Below are positions 24,649-36,807 of a stretch of DNA of 64,000 nucleotides, one piece after another. Made by a program: the position numbers and the translations under genes. The notes beneath the pieces are model-generated. The model was given only the letters and a program-made list of their open reading frames with translations. It was not told the DNA's origin and ran no database searches. The DNA is from Octopus vulgaris (lineage: Eukaryota): contig OX597840.1 in assembly GCA_951406725.2 (NCBI GenBank), positions 35,030,001 to 35,094,000 of the forward strand, written 5' to 3'. The first letter of the stretch is position 1. Each line of letters starts with the position of its first letter.

Positions 24649-26836
24649 GTACAAAGGGAGATAGGGGTTATGAGTGTAACCCACTATGGGATGTCATTTA
24701 TCCAATATACTGCCAGTAACGTACCCAAAAAGGCTAATACATAAATGCTAAGAATTGCAATGCAATTAATTCATTTATTGTATTATATGTATATATATAT
24801 ATATATATGTATGTATATTTGTGACCACCACTCAACCGGTCATGGTTTGTTTACGTCCCCGTAACTCATCGGTTCGGTAGAGACCTATAGAATAAGTACC
24901 AGAACTCAACGGATACTTGGGTCGGTTTCTTTCGAATAATACCATTCAAGGCAAGTGTCCCCCACCACAGCCTCCAGACTAAAGGCTTAAAACTAGTAAA
25001 TGAAAGATAATTTAGAAGATCTCATTTTTTTCCAAGAATTGGGTAACGTAACCTGGAATGCAGTTACCCAACGTATCAAAAAAAACAAAACAAGACAAAA
25101 CAAAAACGCAAAACAAAGGGCGATGTGGATTGAGGGAGGACGGGTTGCTATTTCTAGGTTCCGAACACTTTAGGACCCGAGCGCCCGCGTGCATGCGCAC
25201 TGCTGTTGAGCGCTAAGTGCGCACACGAAGTGCGCCTGCGCTGCCCGTGCCGAGGCCACACCCACTCCTGGTCCCGCCAGGGTAGAAACGGCGGCTTTTC
25301 AGTATGAATGTAATCGTGGTGATAAAAAGCCGGGGGTCTCCGGAGACATTGGTGGTGGCGGCGGTGGGGGAGACGGTGGTGCTGGTGGTGGTGGTAGTAG
25401 TAGTAGCGGTGCGAGTTGTAGTAGTCGTAGTATTAGTAGTAGTGTGAGCACCAAAGTTCTTAACAGCATTTACAGTTGGGTGTGGTATGTGTGTTTGCGT
25501 GTGTGTGTGTGTGTATGCACGTATGTGCGCGTGTGTGTATGTATGTATTTGCGTGTATGTACGTGTATGTGTATGTATTTGCGCGTGTGTACGTGTATGT
25601 GTATATGCACGTATGTGTATGTATTTGTGTGTACTTGCGTGTATGTACGTGTGTGTGTGTGTGTGTGTCTGTGCTTATATATATATATATATATGCATGT
25701 CTGTGTGTATACATGCCTGTGTGTGTGTATGCTCGTATGTGCGCGCGCGCGTGTGTGTATGTATTTGCGTGTATGTACGTGTGTTTGTGTGTGTGTTTGC
25801 GTGTATGTGTGTGCTTACAAATATGTATACATGCCTGCATGTGCGCGTGTGTATGTGTGTGTAAGTGTCTATGCTTGTATTCGCGTATATATACATATAT
25901 ATACGTACGTACGTCTGTGTGTGTGTGTATTCCTTCATCTCCACAAATGGGATAACGCTCGCTACCACACCCGTACCTCCATCTAATAATCACATGGATT
26001 GTGGAAAACGAAGTAGAGAAAAAAAGAGAGACAGACAGACAGAGTGAGAGAGAGAGAGAGAGAGAGAGATAGATAGAGAGATAGAGATGCCAGGGGAATG
26101 GGGGTGGGTGGGACGAGAGAGGAAGAAAGAAAGAGGCGGGGTGGCGGGGGTGAGCGCGGCAGAGAAGTATGCCAGATAATAACGATGCTGATGATGATGC
26201 TGATGATGATGATTTTTAGAGAGAGGAAGCTAACCAGCCGACATTCTATCTAAGCATGAGGGCGGGGTCGGGGGGTGGGCGTGGGGTGGGGGTGAACATT
26301 TTTACAGACAAATGTTACTATGGTTTCAGTGAAAAAATCCTCCACCACCACTACCACCACCACCACCACCGCCGTCGCATATTGCTATTTTGTTTGTTTT
26401 TTAGAAATTTTTTTTCTAACCAGCTGGGTGGGAGTGGAGAGGACCCGGGGGAGAGGGGTGTGAAGCCGAGGGGTAGGACGACTAGTTTTACTATATATAT
26501 ATATATATGTTTTTTTTTAAGACCATTATTTGCATCGTTTTTAAAAGGTTACATGTCCTTTTCTTTCGTTTAACATCCTTCTGCAATTCCTGCTGTCGCT
26601 CGCTCCCCCTCCCCCGGCCCCGCCACCCGAGTCCTACCCCCCACCCCCGCCATCTCATTCCTCCTCCTCCTCCTCCTTGTTCCCTTTTTGATCTGCTATG
26701 TGAAGTGATATTGTTGGATAGTTCATTGTTGAAACATTCTCTTCCAGATGCTCTTGGAGTTTTCTTTTCCTTTCATAATCATCATCATCATCATATATTT
26801 ATCAGTATATATATATTAACCACAGCTATAACTACG

Positions 26837-26885
<49 letters not shown>

Positions 26886-26888
<3 letters not shown>

Positions 26889-27264
26889 GCAGTATCGCCC
26901 GGCATTGCTCGGGTATGTTTCGACCTTTTAAAATTAGAATTTTTGAAAAGTAATAAATTCTGCATTATGTAGCTTGTTATTCTCTTTAAGTGAACATTTT
27001 TCTGGTTGAAATACACCGAAAAATGGCGACACAGCGGTCAAAAATATCGTAAAAAATAAGGATTTTCATAGAAAAAAAAAGCACCTTTTTGATGTAAATA
27101 ATTTTTGGTGTTAACATGGTCCAATTTGAATTTTTTCTTCTGCGGAAGGAAGAGCAAGCCTTCTTCTATCATACTCTCAATTTTGGTCAACTTGCACCGC
27201 AGGGTCTCGGAGGAGATAGTGTTAGTTGAAGTCTACCAAAACTGCCATACACAGACAACTTCAG

Positions 27265-27270
<6 letters not shown>
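26886..27270 (-). mobile_element. Non-autonomous Helitron-like element
   Basis: Shares its terminus GCAGTATCGCCCGGC..TGCTCGGG (3' hairpin) with 45297. A plus-strand 3' fragment ending CTAG|T lies at 47527-47664. Confidence 0.7.
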
Positions 27271-27300
<30 letters not shown>

Positions 27301-27635
27301 TTTTACTTGTTTCAGCCATTTGACTGCAGCCATGCTGGAGCACTGCCTTTAGCCAAACAAATTGACTCCAATTCAGGTCACTGTCTGGAATCAAACTCGG
27401 AATCTTGGGGTTAGTAGCCTGCGCTCTTAACCGCTATGCCATATGCCCGTGGCATATGAAATAAATTGTTCTGCTCAAAGACACGTGCTGCCAGAATTGA
27501 ATTTGTGATGTTATGGTTCTGAGCCAAATAATTTAACCATCACTGAACATAAAAACAAAAAGAAATGAATGAGAACAGCAAAGTCTGCAATATTCCTGGT
27601 AAGGTTAAACACCAGGATGCGATATTAGTGCTTGT

Positions 27636-27915
27636 GGAGGCACATGACCTAGTGGTTAGTACAGCAGACTTGCAGTCGAGGGATCACGGGTTCGAATCTC
27701 AGACTAGGCGATGTGTGTGTTTATGAGCGAAACACCAAAGCTCCACGCGGCTCTGGCAGAAGGTAATGGCGAACTTCTGCTGACTCTTTCGCCACAACTT
27801 TCTCTCACTCTTTCCTCCTGCATCTTGCAGCTCACCTGCGACGGACCGGCGTCCCATCCAGGTGAGGAACCTATACGCCAAGGAAACTGGGAAACCGGCC
27901 CTTATGAGCCAGGCA
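27636..27915 (+). mobile_element. tRNA-derived SINE related to family C
   Basis: TGACCTAGTGG box A, GGTTCGAATCTC box B, CTGCGACGGACCGGCGTCCCATCCAG, and a GGAAACCGGCCC..TGAGCC 3' part. Confidence 0.8.
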
Positions 27916-27920
27916 CATGC

Positions 27921-27973
<53 letters not shown>

Positions 27974-28109
27974 TGCTCCACCACCGTACATATCTCTATG
28001 AGATATTTAGAAATTTAATATTTCTGATTTTGGTGATCAGTGAATAAACTTCACTGAAAATATATATATATTTACGAAGTCTAGACAAATATCTTCAGCT
28101 AGCAGGCCT

Positions 28110-28148
28110 CTGATGATGGGCAAGACCCAGAAACATGCATGTCTCTAG
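28110..28148 (+). ncRNA. Type I hammerhead ribozyme motif, copy 1 (5' strand of stem I missing)
   Basis: CTGATGA-TGGG-CAAGA-CCCA-GAAA-CATGCATG-TC|TCTAG. The core is intact, stem II has 4 bp, stem III is palindromic, and the predicted cleavage is after 28143. Confidence 0.7.
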
Positions 28149-28226
28149 ATGCAAGCCTAGCGGTTGGGGGTGTTTGTCTCCCCTTCGTAAATATATAAGG
28201 ACACTCTAGAGACATGCCTTGCTACA

Positions 28227-28270
28227 CTAGACTGATGATGGGCAAGACCCTGAAACATGCATGTCTCTAG
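28227..28270 (+). ncRNA. Type I hammerhead ribozyme motif, copy 2
   Basis: CTAGA-CTGATGA-TGGG-CAAGA-CCCT-GAAA-CATGCATG-TC|TCTAG. Stem I is CTAGA/TCTAG, the core is intact with a GUC site (cleavage after 28265), and there is a U-U mismatch at the base of stem II. Confidence 0.75.
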
Positions 28271-28924
28271 ATGCAGGCCTAGCTGTTGGGGGTGTTTGTC
28301 TCCCCTTCGTAAATATATAAGGACGCAGGAAATGTGTCAAGGCCGACAGGAAGCGTCAATGCTTCCTAGGGCTAAACAGCGGTGGTGTAATTTCCTTTAC
28401 GGGACTGTCATGTTAAGTTGACAGTATACAACCACTCTCTCTCTATATATATATTGTATGAATTCTGCATACACTAACAGATTTCCATATGTACATCAAG
28501 TAAAAGGAGTATTCCTGCTGTATAATGTATGATAGCCAATGAATGTAGAGGAGCTTTGAAATGCACATTACAATTATTACCCAGATGGCATTATATACAT
28601 GTGTGTGTGTGTGTCTGATGGGTACTTCCACATGGTTTCCATTTGCCAAACTGTCTCACAAGATTTTGGTTGGCTCAGGGTTATAGCAGAAAGCACTTCC
28701 TCAATATGCCATGCAGTGGGACTGAACCCTGAAACCGTGCATTTGCTTCAGCTACTGGTGGCTGCAAAACGAGTTACCTTACTACACAACCGTGTAGTGA
28801 CAATCCAGGTGAGATATATTCTGGGTCATGCACGATGTTTATAAACATTTTCAGCTAGTGTCTAGTTAACTATTTACTCTGCCAGCAATAGGATCTCTCG
28901 ACTGACCTTCGGAAATGATATATT

Positions 28925-29999
28925 GGTATTTTACTGTCATTTCATTGTAGTCACATACATTCTGTGGTGACCATCCCTACCTAAAAGCAGCATGGACTGT
29001 TGGAGACTTTGAATTAACCAGATATTAACATTTACTCTCTTACTTATTTTTACTTGTTTCAGTCATTTGACTGCAGCCGTGCTGGAGCACCGCCTTTAGT
29101 CGATCAAATCGACCCCGGGACTTATTCTTTGTAAGTCCAGTACTTACTCTATCGGTCTCTTTTTGCCGAACCGCTAAGTAACGGGGACATAAACACACCA
29201 GCATTGGTTGTCAAGCAATGCTAGAGGACAAACACAGACACACAAACACACACATGCATATATATATATATATATATATACATATGCATCATCATCATCA
29301 TCATCGTTTAACGTCCGTTCTCCATGCTAGCATGGGTTGGACGGTTCGACCGGGGATCTGGGAAGCCAGAAGGCCGCACCAGGCTCCAGTCTTATCTGGC
29401 AATGTTTCTACAGCTGGATGCCCTTCCTAACGCCAACCACTCCGTGAGTGTAGTGGGTGGTTTTTACGTGCCACCTGCACAGGTGCCAGGCGAGGCTGGC
29501 AACGGTCACGGTCGGATTGGTTATTTTATGTGCCATCGGCATGGAAGCCAGTCGAGGCGGCGCTGGCATCGGCCACGAGTCGGATAGTGCTTTTTACGTA
29601 CCACCAGACCAGGGATCCTGGCTGGTTCAATTCGATTTCGATTTCGCTTGCCCCAACATGTCTTCGCAAGCAAAGTGGGTTGGCATGGGTGCCTGTCGTA
29701 CGGTCGGATTGGTGTATTTTACGTGCCACCGGCACGGGATGGGCTTCTTTCAGTTTCCATCTACCAAATCCACTCACAAGGCATTGGTCGGCCCGAGGCT
29801 ATAGTAGAAGACACTTGCCCAAGGTGCCACGCAGTGGGACTGAACCCGGAACCATGTGGCTGGTTAGCAAGCTACTTACCACACAGCCACGGTATTTTGC
29901 TGTCATTTCATAGTAGTCACATACATTCTGTGGTGACCATCCCTACCTAAAAGCAGCATGGACTGTTGGGGACTTTGAATTAATCAGATATTAAAATTT
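28925..29999 (-). mobile_element. SINE A (29034-29890) with nested family D element, flanked by a 109-bp direct duplication
   Basis: 28925-29033 and 29891-29999 differ at about 5 positions and directly abut the SINE tail and head. Confidence 0.85.
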
Positions 30000-30158
30000 G
30001 TATGATTTAAGTAAAGCACTGCTCTACCTTTGCCGTTCACCTCCACCCACCGACGTTTCGTTGATAAGTATAAAGATTGCTTGTAATTAATCTGGTTTTT
30101 ATTTAGTTTTTTAAAAACAGTTTTTCTTTTTCATGCACCTGACACCATTAGTAACATA

Positions 30159-30199
<41 letters not shown>

Positions 30200-30357
30200 C
30201 CTCAAAGGTTCAGCTAGTATGTACCGATTGTATGTTGGTATGTAGTGATGTTTGCTGTGTTACTGTCGAGTGTCGTGTATGCTGGGTGTGCATGTATATG
30301 CATGCATGCACACATATATTCAGTTACTAACCTCACAACTACATTTATACCAACAGT

Positions 30358-30520
30358 CGCAGGAGTGGCTGTGTGGTAAGTAGCTTGCTTACCAACCACA
30401 TGGTTCCGGGTTCAGTCCCACTGCGTGGCATCTTGGGCAAGTGTCTTCAACTATAGCCTCGGGCCGACCAAAGCCTTGTGAGTGTATTTGGTAGACGGAA
30501 ACTGAAAGAAGCCCGTCGTA

Positions 30521-30567
<47 letters not shown>

Positions 30568-31007
30568 GTATGTGCGTGTTTGTCCCCCTAGCATTGCTTG
30601 ACAACCGATGCTGGTGTGTTTATGTCCCCGTCACTTAGCGGTTCGGCAAAAGAGACCGCCTTTAATCGAGCAACTCAACCCCGGGACTTATTCTTTTGTA
30701 AGCCCAGTACTTATTCTATCGGTCACTTTTGCCGAACTGCTAAGTAACGGGGACGTAAACACACCAGCATTGGTTGTCAAGCAATGCTAGGGGGACAAAC
30801 ACAAACACACAAATACACATACGCATATATGTATACATATATACGACGAGCTTCTTTCAGTTTCCGTCTACCAAATCCACTCACAAGGCTTTGGTCGGCC
30901 CAAGGCTATAGTAGAAGACACTTGCCCAAGATGCCACGCAGTGGGACTGAACCCAGAACCATGTGGTTGGTTAGCAAGCTACTTACCACACAGCCACTCC
31001 TACGCCT
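30358..31007. mobile_element. Two SINE A copies fused tail-to-tail in inverted orientation
   Basis: The plus copy 30358-30657 joins the minus copy (ending 31007) at the shared ACCG microhomology (GAGACCG/ACCGCCTTT). Confidence 0.85.
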
Positions 31008-33449
31008 ATTTTAATTTAATTAATTTTGTCAAGCTCCCTTTTCAGTTTCTAAGATAGAAATTTAAATGTAATAAAGGGTTTTAAAAGAAATCCAAAGTGC
31101 TTACGTGATAACTCTAAACCTGCTTTTGGGCCACCCTGTATATATTTTGTTACCTATACCTATTAAATCATGACTAACCCAGGCTCTGAACTAGGTGTGA
31201 CCTGAGATTTTTTTTTTCTGTAGTTACATTCAAGTTGTCTGCAAGGTACTATTGTATAAGATGGCCACTCCCCTATGCTGTCTTACATGTTTATTTGTAG
31301 AAGCCATGGTTAGCTTTACAGGTGCAGGAGTGACTAAGTGAATGAGGTACTGGATGATTTATTGCTTAGTTTAGTCTTTATCATCGCCATCTTCATTTAA
31401 CATCCACTTTTCTATGCTTGCATTGGGCAGATGGAACTTTGGTTGGGGCAGGTTCTTTTTGCGGCTGGATGCCCTTCCTGTTGCTAACCCTTGATGGTGT
31501 CACTTGTTTGCAACCATGAGGTCAAGAGAAGGGCACGTGTGCACACGCACATACATATACATACGTTTATCTGTGTGCACACACACACACACACAGTGTG
31601 GGTCACAAGTCACACACAAAATAAGTTCATTACCTCAGAATTGTCAGAGACCTCCTTCATTTTTTTTCTAAAATCGAAATCATCATCGTTTAGCGTCCGC
31701 TTTCCAAGCTAGCATGGGTTGGACAGTTCAACTGGGGTCCCGGAAGCCAGAAGGCTCCACCGTCCAACCCATGCTAGCATGGAAAGCGGACGTTAAACGA
31801 TGATGATGATGATGATGTAACCTGAATACCATTCTGCCAGTTCTTCTGTACCAATGATGGTGTTTGTCTAGAATTGCTGTGTACGCATTTTATTCTGATC
31901 TCACCTGGTGCATTACCTTTAAGTACCTTTTACTACTAAATCTTGATATATTAAATATAAGCTCATGGCTTAGTGGTTAGGGTGTTGCACTCCTGATTGT
32001 GAGATCGTGGGTTCGATTCCCAGGCCAGGCGTTGTGTTGTGTTCTTGAGCAAAGCACTTCATTTCACGTTGCTCTGCGATCGTTGCGTCATCTGACATGT
32101 GGCACATGGTGCACCTGTACAGGTAATGCTGATTGGATGGCGGAACTGAGCTTATGTGTACACAAACGTTTGATCACCATAAGCAAATCATCTGTGTGGT
32201 TGTTTGGCAAGAAATTGCCGACCCCTCATATGTCATCTAATGATGGGAGGGTCTGTATGTATACAGGCAGATCAAAAATAAAAAATAATTGGGAAGAAAC
32301 CATAAAAATCAATTAGATGTGCACAGCGAATATCGCCAGATCAGACTGGAGCCTGGTGCAGCCTCCTGGCTTCCCAGACCCCGGTCGAACCGTCCAACCC
32401 ATGCCAGCATGGAAAGCAGACGTTCAATGATGATGATGATGATGATGACTCTCAGTAAAAGATTTAGATGAAAAAATAGGAGTGGAAATGACATTTCGGG
32501 CATGGCTCTTCATCGGAAAGAGGAAGAAGTCCTGAGAGAAGGAAAAGGTGGAAGGAACGGATAGTCCAACAGATGCATTAGTACATATATATATGTGTGT
32601 GTGTGTGTGTGTGTCCTGTAGGCATAAGGCCTGAAATTTTGCAGGGAGGGTCTAGTCGGTTATATTGGCCCCCAGTGCCTGACTGGTACTTGTTTTATTA
32701 ACCGAGGAGGGATAAGAGGCAAAGTTGATCTTGGCAGGATTTGAACTTGGGAAGTAAAGATCCGAAAGAGATGCCGGTCAGCATTTTGACCAATGTGTTA
32801 ATGCTCTAATTTTGTGGGGAGGGGTTCAGTCAATTACATTGATCCCAGTACGCAACCGGTACATATTACCTTGACCCCTGAAAAGATGAAAGGTGAAGTG
32901 TACTTTGGTGGAATTTGAACTCACAATGCAAGGACAGACAGAATGCCGCTAAGCAATTTGCCTGGTGGTCTAACGAGGCTGCCAGCTCATTGTCTTCGCT
33001 GCCTTAATGATAATAATTATGATAATTAGTAATAGTAAATAATGTTGTAAATAAATAATAAATAAATAAATAAGATGTAATTAATAAAATAAGCATAAAT
33101 ATCAGAATTTCTGGAAAGAATAATTTATTTGCCACCACAGAAATAGCGTTTGGCGGAGAAATAGATATCCTGAGATCATCTGGAAACATTCCATGGGAGA
33201 GATTAGTATCTTGATGCAGGGGAGATTTATCTCGGCTTTTTGATACCATGGCAACAGAATTAAGTATAGGATCTTTTCTCTTTTTTTTTTTTTTGCTCTT
33301 ATGCTTTAAAAAGTCAATTACTATATTAGCCATGAGGCTGAGAAAAAGAGGGGACGATACGAGGACAGATAAAACAAACATTGGGGTCAGGGGATCGAAT
33401 GAGACGAAATGTATGAATAAATAATTAAAATATATGCAATTAAATGAGA

Positions 33450-33770
33450 AGTTAAGTTAAGTTAATTATTTGGCTCAAAAAGCAAAAAGCAAGGCCATGT
33501 AGGGGGACATGGAGTTATGTACAGGGTGGTGTTCATGCAAAGAGTTCAGGCCATTTCTAGTCAAGTGAGACTTTGAACCGAGCGGTCGTCACCATCTTCA
33601 CTGTCTCGTCCGGCAGCTTATTCCACGGATCCGCAACCCGGACGGAGAAAGCCCCTCTCCTTCGATTGAGATGAAATCGTCGCAGATAGAGCTTTTCGGA
33701 GTGACCCCCGCAGCCAACGCTCTGGAGCAGGAGTGAAGAACAGCTCTTTCGAGAGGTTACACTTTCCGCT
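33450..33770 (-). mobile_element. CR1-type LINE 3' fragment
   Basis: With a frameshift, the minus strand encodes LFFTPAPERWLRGHSEKLYLRRFHLNRRRGAFSVRVADPWNKLPDETV...FKVSLD. This fits the CR1 ORF2 C-terminal RGH..KL...FS.RV...WN.LP...FK..LD motif, followed by a (TTAAC)n tail. Confidence 0.85.
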
Positions 33771-33869
33771 TTTTACAAAAAATGAAGTGGAGGACAGGGT
33801 TGACCCCACAAACCACATACTCATTCTGAGGACGTTGCTTTGTCCTTTTTTGGTTCTCGTTTAGACAGG

Positions 33870-33940
33870 TACTTTCAATCGCAACATATTTGCTACAGAC
33901 TTCCATCTTTTGCAAAACACATTTTGCGACAGACATACTT
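33870..33940 (-). mobile_element. Possible L1/Tx1-type ORF2 C-terminus remnant
   Basis: Encodes CLSQNVFCKRWKSVANMLRLKVPV* (F..RW motif). An A-tract at ~33281-33294 (minus strand) may be its tail, with the CR1 piece inserted in its 3' UTR. Confidence 0.35.
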
Positions 33941-34279
33941 TAAAAAGTCGTAGGTTTAATGATTACGGCTGATAAGTCTTGAACGCAAAGAACTGAAGCA
34001 AGCCTCCGAGGGGATGGCCACCGCAGTTGAAACCAGTTCGATGTGGCTATGGTCAATAAGAGACCGCAAGTGGAAACCTTCTGCTGGTAAAGACCAGTTT
34101 GGTCCTCACTGCTCCAGTCATACAGGCTAAGGGGTGAAATGCTTGTGACTCTGAGGTACCGGCTGATGATGGGGAAAGGTTTAAAACATTGTGACGGATT
34201 TAGTAGAGCTTGCAAAACCTCTAAGTAGCTGCTGTAGTTTCTGTGTGGGGCAAAGCATTCTGATGTTTATTTTACCTGT

Positions 34280-34313
<34 letters not shown>

Positions 34314-34428
34314 ACACACACACATTAATGTTTGTTTTTATGTTCAGTTGTCAAAACAGTTTTACATTAATCTTGCATATTTTTACATACTTTTGTAGAG
34401 TACAAATTTATTATTCTTAAACAATCAC

Positions 34429-34808
34429 AGACGCAGGAGTGGCTGCGTGGTTAGTAGCTTGCTTACCAACCACATGGTTCCGGGTTCAGTCCCACTGCAT
34501 GGCACCTTGGGCAAGTGTCTTCTACTTTAGCCTCGGGCCGACCAAAGCCTTGTGAGTGGATTTGGTAGTTGGAAACTGAAAGAAGCCCGTCGTAAATATG
34601 TATATATGTGTGTGTGTCTGTTTGTCCCACCAACATCGCTTGACAACCAATGCTGGTGTGTTTACGTCCCCGTAACTTAGTGGTTCAGCAAAAGAGACCT
34701 ATAGAATAAGTACTAGGCTTACAAAGAATAAGTCCTGGGATTGATTTGTTCCACTAAAGGCAGTGCTCCAGCATGGCCGCAGTCTAAGGACTGAAACAAG
34801 TAAAAGAA
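34429..34808 (+). mobile_element. SINE family A full-length copy
   Basis: Head, body and tail match the family. Confidence 0.9.
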
Positions 34809-35289
34809 TATGTTGTTGGTAGTGATTTTGAAGTTTTGGCCAGTTAAGCCATCGTTGGACTGCATACATACACTAAAATATCGAACAGTGGTGGACAAAT
34901 AGTCTTTATTTATGGGTTAACAAGGCAACCAATGGTTTCATGCTGAGAGGAATCACTCAATTATCAAATCTCTCACATGGAATGTTGGTACTCATTTCCA
35001 TCTTGGAGATATATGAAGTAGAAAATTGGATTCAGAGAATCAGGCAGAACTCACAGTAAGCACTCTCGCAAGGGACTGGCTATCAGTTTACACAGTAATT
35101 AAATGTAGAATGTATGTATATAATTTGGAATGTTGAAATTAATGCTATCACATGCATAAGATTATGAAACCGTTATTATCATATGGAATTAATAAATCTG
35201 TCTTCACCTCACTGAATTCTTTGGAGCAGATTTCTCTGGTTGGATGCTCTTTCTGTAGCCAACACTTACTTCCAATTAAATGTAGGCAA

Positions 35290-36807
35290 ATAGCTTACAT
35301 GTGATATTGGCAGTACCCCAGGGTGGTATTTGTCATGGAGGATGGGAGTTAGATGAGTAGCTGACATGTGACCAGAATTGTACTTTAGTCATGGAGGACA
35401 GAGACTTGACATGCTGACATGGAGCTTGGAGGTTTGACATGTGCCCCAGGATGGTACTTTAGTCATAGAGGACAGAGGCTCGACATGCTGACATGGAGCT
35501 TGGAGGTTTGACATGTGCCCCAGGATGGTACTTTAGTCATGGAGGACAGATGCTGACATGGAGCTTGGAGGTTTGACATGTGCCCCAGGATGGTACTTTA
35601 GTCATGGATGACAGAGACCAGACATGTTTAACTTACATGTAGGATGGGGGTTTGATATGTGCCCCAGGATGATACTTCCGTCATGGAGGATGGAGGTTAG
35701 ATGAGAAGCTGAATGTAAGGACAGACGGAATGCCGCTAAGCAATTTTCTTGGTGTGCTACATGAGGGTGTACTTTACTCATGGAGGACAGAGGTTAGACA
35801 AGTAGCTTACATGTGTCCCAGGATGGTACTTTACTCATGGAGGACAGAGGTTGGACAAGTAGCTCACATGTGCCCCAGGATGGTACTTTACTCATGGAGG
35901 ACAGGTTAGACAAGTAGACAGAGGTTTACATGTGCATCCCAGGATGGTACTTTACTCATGGAGGACAGAGGTTAGACAAGTAGCTTACATGTGTCCCAGG
36001 ATGGTACTTTACTCATGGAGGACAGAGGTTGGACAAGTAGCTCACATGTGCCCCAGGATGGTACTTTACTCATGGAGGACAGGTTAGACAAGTAGCTTAC
36101 ATGTGCCCCAGGATGGTACTTTACTCATGGAGGACAGAGGTTAGACAAGTAGCTTACATGTGTCCCAGGATGGTACTTTACTCATGGAGGACAGAGGTTA
36201 GACAAGTAGCTTACATGTGTCCCAGGATGGTACTTTACTCATGGAGGACAGAGGTTAGACAAGTCGCTTACATGTGCCCCAGGATGGTACTTTACTCATG
36301 GAGGACAGAGGTTAGACAAGTAACTTACATGTGCCCCAGGATGGTACTTTACTCATGGAGGACAGAGGTTAGACAACTAGCTTACATGTGTCCCAGGATG
36401 GTACTTTACTCATGGAGGACAGAGGTTAGACAAGTTGCTTACATGTGCCCCAGGATGGTACTTTACTCATGGAGGACAGAGGTTAGACAAGTCGCTTACA
36501 TGTGCCCCAGGATGGTACTTTACTCATGGAGGACAGAGGTTAGACAAGTTGCTTACATGTGCCCCAGGATGGTACTTTACTCATGGAGGACAGAGGTTAG
36601 ACAAGTCGCTTACATGTGCCCCAGGATGGTACTTTACTCATGGAGGACAGAGGTTAGACAAGTCGCTTACATGTGCCCCAGGATGGTACTTTACTCATGG
36701 AGGACAGAGGTTAGACAAGTCGCTTACATGTGCCCCAGGATGGTACTTTACTCATGGAGGACAGAGGTTGGACAAGTAGCTCACATGTGCCCCAGGATGG
36801 TACTTTA
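35290..36807. repeat. 57-bp minisatellite
   Basis: Unit ATGTGCCCCAGGATGGTACTTTACTCATGGAGGACAGAGGTTAGACAAGTAGCTTAC, about 18 homogeneous copies from ~35770, preceded by degenerate copies. Confidence 0.95.
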
